From Bryobacterales bacterium (GTDB lineage: Bacteria; Acidobacteriota; Terriglobia; Bryobacterales; Bryobacteraceae): DNA of 64,000 bases. The notes beneath the pieces are model-generated. The model saw only the letters and a program-made list of their open reading frames with translations. It did no database searches and was not told where the DNA came from. The first letter of the stretch is position 1. Each line of letters opens with the position of its first letter. Positions 25,889-34,465 of this stretch are shown piece by piece. The translations under genes and the position numbers were made by a program. The stretch is from contig CAWJDO010000003.1 of assembly GCA_963841635.1 (NCBI GenBank), positions 159,820 to 223,819 of the forward strand, given 5' to 3'.

Positions 25889-26305
25889 GTGGAGTCCTTC
25901 CGGTTTGCATGCGTTCCGGGTTGTTCCGAGTGCTGCCGGCAAGTGGGATTCGTCTACCTCACCGAGGGCAACCTGAGGCGGGCTGCCGCCTTCCTCCGGC
26001 TGAGCGTGGCGGCCTTCGAGCGAAAGTACGTTTACCGCACCCGGCACCTTCTGCGGCTCCGCAAGCCGCGCGGCTCACAGTGCCACTTCCTGCGGGAGCG
26101 GGGCTGTGCGATCCATCCGGTGAAGCCCACCCAATGCGCCGCCTTCCCGTTCTGGCCCGAACTGGTCGGCAGCCGGTCCGCATGGAACCGGGCTGCGGCG
26201 TATTGCCCGGGCATCGGCAGCGGCCCGGCGGTGGCGGCCGGGACGGTTCACGGCGTCGCCGAGGGGATGCGGGGCAGCTATCCGGGGATGTACGAGGAAG
26301 ACTGA
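25889..26305 (+). CDS. YkgJ/FliB-family Cys-cluster protein (CxxCxxCC-type putative Zn/Fe-binding domain)
   Basis: 138 aa with a GTG start. Motifs include CVPGCSECCRQ, QCHFL, GCAIHPVKPTQCAAFPFWP and CPGIG. Confidence 0.7.
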   Translation: MESFRFACVPGCSECCRQVGFVYLTEGNLRRAAAFLRLSVAAFERKYVYRTRHLLRLRKPRGSQCHFLRERGCAIHPVKPTQCAAFPFWPELVGSRSAWNRAAAYCPGIGSGPAVAAGTVHGVAEGMRGSYPGMYEED

Positions 26306-26513
26306 AGGCAGGAGTCAGGAGACAGGAGTCAGGAGACAGGAGACTGAAGAAACAGGGACCTCGCAATTTGTTTGACTTCCAGAACCCGCCCGGCTGGTAT
26401 CGGCCGAAAACCGGCCGGCCGCTCTTGTTTGCGACTGCCGCTCCTGCCTTCTCCTGTCTCCGGACTCCTGTCTCCTGTCGCTCCTGACTCCTGCCTCCCT
26501 GACTCCTGACTCC
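26306..26513. repeat. Family-C element: inverted arms of tandem 7-bp CAGGAG[T/A] units around a unique core of about 95 bp
   Basis: The left arm has 5 x CAGGAGW at 26309-26343. The right arm (26441-26513) is its imperfect complement (CTCCTGTCTCC...ACTCCTGCC...). The element starts immediately after the ykgJ-like stop codon. Confidence 0.8.
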
Positions 26514-26592
26514 CCTGCCAGTTTCTCGTCCCTTGACACTTTTTGGGCTCGACTCAAGGGCCGTAACCGCATGCTTCCTATGGCTTCCGCCC

Positions 26593-26608
26593 TGGCCCGA
26601 CGTTTGCG
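26593..26608 (+). promoter_or_regulatory. Sigma-54-like -24/-12 motif TGGCCCG-ACGT-TTGCG upstream of flgB
   Basis: It matches the consensus TGGCACG-N4-TTGCW at 14 of the 12+ defined positions (one mismatch in the -24 box). However, the GC of the -12 box lies only about 14 nt before the flgB ATG, leaving almost no leader. Confidence 0.3.
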
Positions 26609-26620
26609 TAAGAGAATGCG

Positions 26621-26962
26621 ATGCTCGATCCGGTTGCCGGAAGCCTCGAACGCTACATGGACCTGCTGGCGGCCCGGCAGAAGCTGGTCGCCTCGAATAT
26701 CGCCAACGCCGAGACCCCCGGCTATCGAACCGTGGATCTCGATTTTGAGCGGGAGTTCCGCAGCCTGGTCGAGGGAGCCCAGCCTCGGGCGGTCGAGGTG
26801 GCGGGCCTCGAGGTAAACCACGACGGGAACAACGTGAGCCTGGATCGCGAGGCACGTATGCTGGCCGAGAACGGCCTGCGGTTTCAGGTGGCGGAAGCGT
26901 TGTTGAAGAGCAAACTGCAGGAAATGCGCCAGGCGATTACGGGAGGAGGAGGTAGCGGATGA
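26621..26962 (+). CDS. flgB: Flagellar basal-body rod protein FlgB
   Basis: 113 aa with the block LAARQKLVASNIANAETPGYRTVDLDF, typical of the FlgB N-terminus. It is the first gene of the rod/MS-ring operon. Confidence 0.85.
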   Translation: MLDPVAGSLERYMDLLAARQKLVASNIANAETPGYRTVDLDFEREFRSLVEGAQPRAVEVAGLEVNHDGNNVSLDREARMLAENGLRFQVAEALLKSKLQEMRQAITGGGGSG

Positions 26963-27396
26963 GCCTGTTCTCATCGCTGTCGGTCAGTGCCTCGGGCATG
27001 GCGGCCGAGCGCGCCCGGGCGTCGCTGCTGGTCGAGAACCTGGCCAACTCCGAGACCACCCGGACGCCCGAGGGCGGTCCCTACCGGCGCAAGGACGCGG
27101 TCTTTGCCTCCGAGGCGGTCACCTCGCCTTTTGGGAGCGCCTTCGCCAACGCGATCGGCGCCGAGGGCACAGGCGTTCGCGTCGCCGAAGTCCTCGAGGA
27201 CACCAGCGCGCCCGAGAGGCGCTACCTGCCGGGGCATCCCGACGCCGGCGCCGACGGTTACGTGTCCTTCCCCCACATCAACCCGGCCGAGGACATGGTG
27301 GACCTGATGTCGGCCTCGCGGAACTACGGGGCCAACGTAGCCGCCATCGCCGCCGTCAAGGACATGATTTCGCACTCGATCGATCTGTTGAAGTGA
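26959..27396 (+). CDS. flgC: Flagellar basal-body rod protein FlgC
   Basis: 145 aa with SASGMAAERARASLLVENLANSETTRTPEGGPYRRKD and the C-terminal block VDLMSASRNYGANVAAI. It shares an ATGA overlap with flgB. Confidence 0.9.
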   Translation: MSLFSSLSVSASGMAAERARASLLVENLANSETTRTPEGGPYRRKDAVFASEAVTSPFGSAFANAIGAEGTGVRVAEVLEDTSAPERRYLPGHPDAGADGYVSFPHINPAEDMVDLMSASRNYGANVAAIAAVKDMISHSIDLLK

Positions 27397-27406
27397 GGAG
27401 GCGCGT

Positions 27407-27706
27407 ATGGTTTCGCCGGTGGGTGGGATCGCGCCGGTCACGGGGGGCGCCCTCGTTGCGCCCGCCGCGGCAGGGACCGGTTCCGGCGCGGCATTCCAGA
27501 ACGTGTTCGAGAAGGCGATCGCCGGTGTGCAGGACCTGCGGCAAAATGCCGATCAGGGAATCGAGCGCTTTCTGGCCGGTGAAGGAGAAGAGCTGCACAC
27601 GGTAGTGATGGCCACCCAGAAAGCCGAAATGGCCTTTGAGCTTTTTCTGCAGGTCAGGAACAAAGTGGTGTCCGCATACCAGGAAATCATGCGGATGCAG
27701 ATCTAG
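27407..27706 (+). CDS. fliE: Flagellar hook-basal body complex protein FliE
   Basis: 99 aa with C-terminal blocks HTVVMATQKAEMAFELFLQVRNKVVSAYQEIMRMQI. Confidence 0.85.
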   Translation: MVSPVGGIAPVTGGALVAPAAAGTGSGAAFQNVFEKAIAGVQDLRQNADQGIERFLAGEGEELHTVVMATQKAEMAFELFLQVRNKVVSAYQEIMRMQI

Positions 27707-27721
27707 GACGTTGCCGGACGA

Positions 27722-29416
27722 ATGAGCCAGCTCACAGCCCTCTTCGCGAATCTAAGCCTGCGGCAGCGCATACTGATCGTAGCCGCGGCCGCGCTCGTGG
27801 CGGGCAGCCTGGTGGGCTTCACCCGCTGGCGGCGCGAGCAGGACTTCCGGCCGCTGTTCACGAACATGGCGGCCGAAGACGCGGGGGCGGTGGTGCAGAA
27901 GCTGCACGAGAGCGGAACCGAGTTCCGGCTTTCCGAGAACGGCACCACGGTGCTGGCGCCTTCCGAGCGCGTGGCCGAGTTGCGTCTCCAGATGGCCTCC
28001 GCGGGTTTGCCGAAAAGCGGCCGCGCCGGCTTCGAGCTGTTCGACAAGACCAACTTCGGCGTCACCGACTTCGCCGAGCACATCAACTTCCGCCGCGCGC
28101 TGGAAGGGGAACTCGAGCGCTCGGTCATGGCGCTGGCCGAGGTGGAGAGTGCCCGAGTCCACCTGACTTTCTCCAAGGATTCGGTCTTCCTGGAGTCCCA
28201 GCAGCCGGCCAAGGCCAGCGTCCTGGTACGGCTGAAGCCGGGGGCGCGCCTCTCTCCCGCCAACGTGCTGGCCGTCTGCCACCTGGTGGCGAGCGCCGTC
28301 GAAGGCCTGGCGCCGGAGGCGGTGTCGCTGCTCGACATGAACGGCAACCTTCTCAACCGGGCCCGCCCTGCGTCCGCCGACGGTGAGCAAACTTCCGAGG
28401 CGGCGCTGGACTACAAGCAGCACGTCGAGAAGGACCTTCTGTCCAAGATCAACACCACGCTCGAACCGGTGGCCGGCCCGGAGAAGTACCGCGCGGGGGT
28501 GTCGGTGGAGTGCGACTTCAGCGGCGGCGAGCAGACCGAAGAGGCGTTCGATCCGGCGCGATCGGTGATGACCAATTCCCAGAAGACCGAGGATGTCAGC
28601 GGCTCTAACAGCGCTTCCGGAGTGCCGGGAACCGCGTCGGCGTTGCCGCGGCCCTCGTCGCGCCCGGGCGCGAGCGGGGCGGGAATGACCCGCCGCACCG
28701 AGAGCATCGCCTACCAGACCAGCCGCACGGTGAGGCACCTGCGTCTTCCGCAGGGGGTGGTGAAGCGGATCTCCGCCTCCGTTCTTCTGGACTACGCGCT
28801 GCGATGGGAGGGCAGCGGGCAGAAGGCGAAACGCATCCTCGACCCGCCTTCGCCGGAGCGGCTCAAGGCGGTCCGCGATCTGGTGGCCGGGGCCATCGGC
28901 CTCGACGCCTCGCGCGGCGATCAGTTGATCCTGGAGGCCATTCCTTTCGAGCAGACGCTGGCCATCGAACCGCCGCCCGGGCCCGTGGCGCCGCCTCGCG
29001 CGCCGGCACCCGGGACGCTGGTCTTGCCCCCGTGGCTGGAGCGGATTCTCTCCCAGAAGGTGTACACGGCCGCGGTCGCCGGCGTGGTGCTGGTTCTTCT
29101 GCTGGCGGTGTGGTTCTTCCTGCGGCGGAAACGCGGGTCGCGGAAGGTCGGCATGACGGGCGAGCTCGGCGGACGTGCGCCGGCGGAGATCGCGAGTCCG
29201 GTCGACGCGGCGCAGAGGGAACTCGAAGCGCGGTTGGCCGAGCAGCAGGCCGCCAAGAACCGCCTGGATGCCGAGGCTCTGAGCGCGCTGAAGCTCCCGC
29301 CCGTGGCCACCAAGAAATCCGAAGTGCTCACCAAGCACATCGCCGAGACCGTCAAGAAAGACCCGGTGGGAGCAGCCCAGATCCTCCGGACCTGGCTCAA
29401 CGATATGGAGGTCTGA
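27722..29416 (+). CDS. fliF: Flagellar M-ring protein FliF
   Basis: 564 aa. Blocks include an N-terminal TM segment, LFTNMAAEDAGAVVQKLHESG, RVAELRLQMASAGLPK, FAEHINFRRALEGELERS and a second TM near the C-terminus. Confidence 0.9.
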   Translation: MSQLTALFANLSLRQRILIVAAAALVAGSLVGFTRWRREQDFRPLFTNMAAEDAGAVVQKLHESGTEFRLSENGTTVLAPSERVAELRLQMASAGLPKSGRAGFELFDKTNFGVTDFAEHINFRRALEGELERSVMALAEVESARVHLTFSKDSVFLESQQPAKASVLVRLKPGARLSPANVLAVCHLVASAVEGLAPEAVSLLDMNGNLLNRARPASADGEQTSEAALDYKQHVEKDLLSKINTTLEPVAGPEKYRAGVSVECDFSGGEQTEEAFDPARSVMTNSQKTEDVSGSNSASGVPGTASALPRPSSRPGASGAGMTRRTESIAYQTSRTVRHLRLPQGVVKRISASVLLDYALRWEGSGQKAKRILDPPSPERLKAVRDLVAGAIGLDASRGDQLILEAIPFEQTLAIEPPPGPVAPPRAPAPGTLVLPPWLERILSQKVYTAAVAGVVLVLLLAVWFFLRRKRGSRKVGMTGELGGRAPAEIASPVDAAQRELEARLAEQQAAKNRLDAEALSALKLPPVATKKSEVLTKHIAETVKKDPVGAAQILRTWLNDMEV

Positions 29417-29419
29417 GCC

Positions 29420-30451
29420 ATGGTTCTCAACACTCAGTACTCCGACGAACGGGTCCCCGGCATCCAGAAAGCGGCCATTCTGCTGGTGATCCTGGGCGAT
29501 CAGGCCAGCGCCGAAATTCTCAAACAGCTCGACGAGGAAGAGATTCAGGAGGTCAGCCGCGAGATCGCGCGCATCACCTCGATCAGCAACGAGCAATCCG
29601 AATCCGTGCTCGAAGAGTTCCACCAGATGAGCCTCGCGCACGACTACGTACTCAAGGGCGGCCTGGACTATGCCCGCAAGATCCTGGTCAACGCCTTCGG
29701 CCCGGATTCAGCGCGGCGGCTGTTGGACCGCCTGGTGAAAACCCTGGGCGCCGACATCACCACCTTCGACGCGCTGCAAAAGGCCGATCCGCAGCAGCTG
29801 GCCAAGTTCATCCACAGCGAACACCCGCAGATGGTGGCGCTCATCCTGTCGCACCTGAGCGCTTCGCAGGCGGCGGCGCTCCTGGTTTCGCTGCCCGGCG
29901 AGATACGCGCCGACGTGGCGCTGCGCATGGCCAGCCTGGATCAGATCTCGCCGGAGATCATCTCCAAGGTGGCCTCCATCATCGGGCAAAAGCTGAAGGC
30001 TCTCGGCGAATTCAGCCGCGAGACCGTGGGAGGCGTGCGCGCCGTCTCGGAAATGTTCAACCGCCTGGATTCGTCGACCAGCAAGGACATCCTGGAGAAG
30101 ATCGACCTGCAGAACGGAAGCCTGGCCGAGACCATCCGCCACCTCATGTTCGTCTTCGAGGACCTGCTGCTCATCGACCCGGGCGGGGTCAAGGAAATTC
30201 TCTCGCGGGTGGACCGCAAACTGCTCACCATGGCCCTCAAGGGAACCAGCGACGAGTTGAAGAAGCACTTCCTGGACTGCATGTCGCAGCGCGGCGCGGA
30301 GATGATGCGCGAGGACATGGATGCGCTTGGCCCGGTCAAAATCAAGGAGGTCGAGGCGGCCCAGCAACAGATCATCGCCATCGTGCGGCAACTGGAGTCG
30401 GAGGGCGTGATCAGCTTGAAGGGAGCCGTCGGCGAGCAGTACGTGGTCTAG
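29420..30451 (+). CDS. fliG: Flagellar motor switch protein FliG
   Basis: 343 aa with the blocks GIQKAAILLVILGDQASAEILKQLDEEEIQEVSREIA, HPQMVALILSHL and MSQRGAEMMREDM. Confidence 0.92.
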   Translation: MVLNTQYSDERVPGIQKAAILLVILGDQASAEILKQLDEEEIQEVSREIARITSISNEQSESVLEEFHQMSLAHDYVLKGGLDYARKILVNAFGPDSARRLLDRLVKTLGADITTFDALQKADPQQLAKFIHSEHPQMVALILSHLSASQAAALLVSLPGEIRADVALRMASLDQISPEIISKVASIIGQKLKALGEFSRETVGGVRAVSEMFNRLDSSTSKDILEKIDLQNGSLAETIRHLMFVFEDLLLIDPGGVKEILSRVDRKLLTMALKGTSDELKKHFLDCMSQRGAEMMREDMDALGPVKIKEVEAAQQQIIAIVRQLESEGVISLKGAVGEQYVV

Positions 30452-30461
30452 GAAGAAACCG

Positions 30462-31133
30462 ATGCAGGCGATGCATTCCAAGATCCTTCGTGGCGAAGCG
30501 GCGCTGGCCGCCGAGCCGGTGGTCTGGAAGCGGGTCGGCGCGGGCGCCGCCGCGAACGTGGCGGCGCCGGGCCACGGCGCGGACCCGCGCGAATCGGCCG
30601 CTCTGCAGGCGCGCCTTGCCGACCTCGAGCGCGATGCCGAGAGGCGCGAGCAGGCTGCGTTCAAGAAGGGCGTCGATCAAGGCCGGGCCGCCGCCGGGCA
30701 GGAGGCGGCGACGCAACTGAAACCGGTCCTGGAGCGCTTCGCGGCCACCATCAACGATCTCGCCACGTACCGGCGCCGAGTGCGCCGCGAGGCGGAGACC
30801 GACCTGGTCAAGCTGGCCATCGCGATCGCGCGCCGCGTGCTCCGCCGCGAGATGAACACCGATCCGGACGCCATGCTGGGCCTGGTGAAAGCTGCGCTCG
30901 AAAAACTAGAGGGCCGGGAGGTCGAGCGCGTGCGCGTCCATCCGGCCGATGCGGCCGCCGTGAAGCAGCACCTGGAGCAGGCCCGCACCGCCGGACGTTT
31001 CGAGGTGGTTCCGGAGCAGCGACTGGAGCGCGGCGCCGCCATTTTCGAGACCTCCCGCGGCAGCCTCGACGCCTCCGTCGAGACCCAGCTCGACGAGATC
31101 CAGCGTGGCCTGATCGATCGCATCCGGACCTGA
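30462..31133 (+). CDS. fliH: Flagellar assembly protein FliH
   Basis: 223 aa, lying between fliG and fliI. It has a charged coiled-coil N-terminal half and the C-terminal block VRVHPADAAAVKQHL...GGAIFETSRGSLDASVETQLDEI. Confidence 0.7.
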   Translation: MQAMHSKILRGEAALAAEPVVWKRVGAGAAANVAAPGHGADPRESAALQARLADLERDAERREQAAFKKGVDQGRAAAGQEAATQLKPVLERFAATINDLATYRRRVRREAETDLVKLAIAIARRVLRREMNTDPDAMLGLVKAALEKLEGREVERVRVHPADAAAVKQHLEQARTAGRFEVVPEQRLERGAAIFETSRGSLDASVETQLDEIQRGLIDRIRT

Positions 31134-31134
31134 T

Positions 31135-32451
31135 ATGGAACTGGACCTGGCATCTCACATCGCCTACCTGGAACGCGCCGAGCCCTTCCGCTGGGCGGGC
31201 AAGGTGGTGGACGTGGTGGGCCTGCTGATCGAATCCGCGGGTCCGGCGGTGGCGCTCGGGGATTTCTGCGAGATCCAGTCCGCCGGCGGGCAGAGCCTGC
31301 GCACCCAGGTGGTCGGCTTTCGGAACGGCCACGTGCTCTCGATGCCGCTCGACGAGACGGGCGGACTGCAATTGGGAGACCGCATCGTAGCGCGCCGGGA
31401 GGCAGCGCGCATCGAGGTGGGTCCCGGCCTGGTGGGACGCGTGCTCGACGGCTTCGGGAAGCCGATGGACTCGGGCCCGCCGCTCGAGGCGCGCGACTCG
31501 TACGATCTATTCAAGGCGCCGCCCGGACCGCTCGAGCGCGAGCACATTACCGAGCCGCTAGTGACCGGCATACGCGCCATCGACAGCCTGCTTCCCTGCG
31601 GCAAGGGGCAGCGCATCGGCATTTTCGGCGGCAGCGGCGTCGGCAAGAGCACGCTGCTCGGCGCCATGTCACGCCACAACTTCGCCGACATCACGGTGAT
31701 CGGACTGGTGGGCGAGCGCAACCGCGAGGTGCGGGCCTTCATCGACCACGATATGGGACCGGAGGGGATGAAGCGGGCGGTGGTGGTGGCGGCTACTTCG
31801 GATCGCCCCGCGCCGCTGCGGGTGCGCGCCTGCTTCGTGGCCCTCACCGTCGCCGAGTACTTCCGCGACGAGGGCGCCAACGTCCTCCTGGTGATGGATT
31901 CGGTCACGCGCCTGGCCATGGCGCAGAGGGAAATCGGCCTGGCGGCCGGCGAGCCGCCCAGCCAGAAGGGTTACACGCCATCGGTCTTCAGCCTGATGCC
32001 GCGCGTGTTCGAGCGCGCCGGCAAGTTCCGGCGGGGCTCCATCACGGGCTTCTTCACGGTGCTGGTCGAAGGCGACGACATGAACGACCCGATCGCCGAC
32101 GCGGTCCGGGCCACGCTCGACGGCCACATCGTCCTCTCCCGGCAGCTGGCCTCGATGGGGCACTACCCGGCCATCGACATTCTGAGCTCGGTGAGCCGCC
32201 TCAGTTCCGCCATTGCGACCGCCGACCAGCAGCAGGCGGCGCGGCGGCTGCGCGAGGCGCTGGCTTCCTACCACCAGTCCGAGGACCTGATCCAGCTGGG
32301 CGCCTATGTGTCGGGCTCCAACCCCAGGCTCGACGCCGCCATCCAGGCGCGTCCCTCGCTGCTCGAATTCCTGAAGCAGGACTGTAACTCCAAGTCGGCC
32401 CTGCAGGAGACCGCAACGCGCATGAAGGAGCTAGCCGCCAAGCTCGGCTAG
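31135..32451 (+). CDS. fliI: Flagellum-specific ATP synthase FliI
   Basis: 438 aa with a Walker A motif (GGSGVGKSTLLG), a Walker B-like motif (VLLVMDSVTR), and the blocks PPSQKGYTPSVFS and GHYPAIDILSSVSR. Confidence 0.93.
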   Translation: MELDLASHIAYLERAEPFRWAGKVVDVVGLLIESAGPAVALGDFCEIQSAGGQSLRTQVVGFRNGHVLSMPLDETGGLQLGDRIVARREAARIEVGPGLVGRVLDGFGKPMDSGPPLEARDSYDLFKAPPGPLEREHITEPLVTGIRAIDSLLPCGKGQRIGIFGGSGVGKSTLLGAMSRHNFADITVIGLVGERNREVRAFIDHDMGPEGMKRAVVVAATSDRPAPLRVRACFVALTVAEYFRDEGANVLLVMDSVTRLAMAQREIGLAAGEPPSQKGYTPSVFSLMPRVFERAGKFRRGSITGFFTVLVEGDDMNDPIADAVRATLDGHIVLSRQLASMGHYPAIDILSSVSRLSSAIATADQQQAARRLREALASYHQSEDLIQLGAYVSGSNPRLDAAIQARPSLLEFLKQDCNSKSALQETATRMKELAAKLG

Positions 32452-32470
32452 CAGAAAACGAACAAATGCT

Positions 32471-32550
32471 TTGGCCACGAATGAACACGAATAAACACGA
32501 ATCAGAAATAAATATCATATTCGTGTTTATTCGTGTTCATTCGTGGCCAA
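32471..32550. repeat. Family-D element: perfect 32-bp inverted repeat with a 16-nt AT-rich loop
   Basis: TTGGCCACGAATGAACACGAATAAACACGAAT lies at 32471-32502 and its exact reverse complement at 32519-32550. Each arm consists of three roughly 10-bp ACACGAAT-containing units. The element lies between the fliI stop (32451) and the fliJ start (32562). Confidence 0.95.
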
Positions 32551-32561
32551 GCTTTTAGCTT

Positions 32562-33005
32562 ATGCATCGTTTCCAGTTCAGGCTGGGCAGCGTTCTGGGC
32601 TGGCGAGCAGTCGAGCTCGAACTCGAAGAAGGCCGTCTGGAACGACTCTTCACCGAGCTCCGGCGCCGGGACGCGGAGGCGCTGGCGCTTGAGGTCCGCG
32701 GCCGCGAGTCCGCGCAACTGATCGCGGCCAAGACCCTCGACGGCCAGCAGCTGGCCGCACTCAGCTACCACCGCCACTACCTGGAACGGGAAGCGGCGCG
32801 CCTCGCCGCCCAGCGCACGGACTGCGCGAAACGGATCGCCGCCCAGCATCAGCGCGTGGTCGAAGCCGAGCGCAAGGTTCGTCTCCTGGAGCGTCTCAAG
32901 GAGCGCCGGCTGGCGGAATGGAACCTCGATTTCAACCGCGAGATGGAAGCTCTGGCTTCGGAGACGTTCCTCGCCAAGTGGGCCAGGGAGAAGGGGCGGT
33001 CGTAG
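32562..33005 (+). CDS. fliJ: Flagellar export chaperone FliJ-like protein
   Basis: 147 aa. It is an Arg/Glu/Leu-rich, predicted coiled coil located directly after fliI. Apart from position and composition, the evidence is weak. Confidence 0.65.
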   Translation: MHRFQFRLGSVLGWRAVELELEEGRLERLFTELRRRDAEALALEVRGRESAQLIAAKTLDGQQLAALSYHRHYLEREAARLAAQRTDCAKRIAAQHQRVVEAERKVRLLERLKERRLAEWNLDFNREMEALASETFLAKWAREKGRS

Positions 33006-33008
33006 GAC

Positions 33009-33116
33009 CGCTCGTCGCTCGTCGAACGGGTCGGGCTCTCCTGGCTTCGCACCGCGACGACTGCCGGACGCGAAGCCTACGAACCTCACGGAATCCAATG
33101 CGACGAGCGACGAGCG
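33009..33116. repeat. Family-E element: 16-bp perfect inverted arms of tandem 7-bp CGCTCGT units around a 76-bp core
   Basis: CGCTCGTCGCTCGTCG lies at 33009-33024 and CGACGAGCGACGAGCG at 33101-33116. There is an internal hairpin GGCTTCGC...GCGAAGCC at 33043-33077. The element lies between the convergent fliJ and hflX stop codons. Confidence 0.9.
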
Positions 33117-33140
33117 ACGCGCGGTGCATCGCGGCGCGCC

Positions 33141-34385
33141 TCAGCGCGCCACAAACTTCGCCAGCCGCTGCCTGAGCGATTGGGGCGCCTCGGCCTCCAG
33201 AATGCACAGCCGCCCTTCATAGCGCTGCTCGAGCACGCGCCCCAGTTGGTGGATCAGATGGATGGTGGCGCCGTCGCCGGCCGGCACGCGAAAGGTGGCC
33301 GTCGAAACCGGATCGAACGGCAACATCTCGTCGATCGCCTCGAGCAGGCGATCCATCCCTAGCCCGGTGCGCGCGGAAACCGCCACCGCCCGCGTCTCGA
33401 TCTTCGACTCCTTGCCCGCCAGGATGCGCCGCCGCAGCGCCTCCGGCTGGGCTTCCACCGGCGCCAGGTCGACCTTGTTCAGCACCAGCAGTTGCGCCGT
33501 CGAGCCAGCCCCGATCTCCGCCAGCACCCGCAGCACCTGCTGGATCTGGTGTTCCGCGTGCGCCGACGAGACGTCCACCACATGCAGCACCAGCGCCGCC
33601 TCGGTCACCTCCTCGAGCGTGGCGCGGAAGGCCTTCACCAGATCCACCGGCAGGTTGCGAATGAATCCCACCGTGTCGCTGAGAAGGAGACGCCGCCGCG
33701 AGGGCAGCACCAGCGCGCGCACCGTCGGATCGAGCGTGGCGAACATGCGCGCGTCGGCCAGCACCGCGGCTCCGGTGAGCCGGTTGAAGATCGAAGACTT
33801 TCCGGCGTTGGTGTAGCCCGCCAGCGCCGCGGTCGCCAACGGCACCGCCTGTCGCTGCCGCCTCTGCACGGCGCGGCTCGAGCGCACGCTTTCGAGATCC
33901 CGGCCGATTCTCCGGATGCGCTCGGAGATGCGCCGCCGGTCGGTTTCGAGCTGCGTCTCGCCCGGTCCGCGGGTCCCGATGCCGCCGCCGAGGCGCGACA
34001 TCTCGACGCCCCGTCCGGTAAGCCGCGGCAGGAGGTAGTTCAATTGCGCCAGTTCCACCTGAAGCTGGCCTTCCCGGGTGCGCGCGCGCCGGGCGAAGAT
34101 GTCCAGGATGACCTGGGTGCGGTCGACCACGCGGCAGTCGAAGGCCCGCTCCAGGTTGCGCTGCTGGGTGGGCGTCAGGTCGTGGTCGAAGACGGCGAGG
34201 TCGGCTCCGGCCGCGCGGGCTTGCCCGGCGGCTTCCTCGACTTTGCCCGATCCGATGAGGGTGGCGCCTTCGATGCGCTCGCGAGATTGCAAGATGGTGC
34301 CGGCGATTTCCGCGCCGGCTCCGCGAACCAGCGTCGCCAGTTCTTCGAGCGACTCTTCGGCGGAGTAGTCCGCCCCGCCGGACAC
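33141..34385 (-). CDS. hflX: GTPase HflX (annotated from the first canonical start; the true N-terminus probably extends to about 34469)
   Basis: 414 aa with the blocks [53 protein letters not shown], the G1 motif [14 protein letters not shown] and NKVD. Confidence 0.9.
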   Translation of the reverse strand: MSGGADYSAEESLEELATLVRGAGAEIAGTILQSRERIEGATLIGSGKVEEAAGQARAAGADLAVFDHDLTPTQQRNLERAFDCRVVDRTQVILDIFARRARTREGQLQVELAQLNYLLPRLTGRGVEMSRLGGGIGTRGPGETQLETDRRRISERIRRIGRDLESVRSSRAVQRRQRQAVPLATAALAGYTNAGKSSIFNRLTGAAVLADARMFATLDPTVRALVLPSRRRLLLSDTVGFIRNLPVDLVKAFRATLEEVTEAALVLHVVDVSSAHAEHQIQQVLRVLAEIGAGSTAQLLVLNKVDLAPVEAQPEALRRRILAGKESKIETRAVAVSARTGLGMDRLLEAIDEMLPFDPVSTATFRVPAGDGATIHLIHQLGRVLEQRYEGRLCILEAEAPQSLRQRLAKFVAR

Positions 34386-34465
34386 GCCTCCGCGCTTCCC
34401 CGCCCGGCCCTTGATTTCAAGACCGATCAGCAGGGCGCGTTCCGAAACCGGCCGCGCGCGTAGCG

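Noticed and set aside
26533-26538. TTGACA hexamer upstream of flgB as a sigma-70 -35 box
   Set aside because: There is no acceptable -10 hexamer at a 16-19-nt spacing (AAGGGC follows). It is mentioned only in context.
27752-29641. 629-aa minus-strand ORF, plus the 638-aa + strand ORF 28804-30720
   Set aside because: They are antisense to, or out of frame with, fliF, fliG and fliH, which have clear family motifs. The products are Arg/Gly/Pro-rich.
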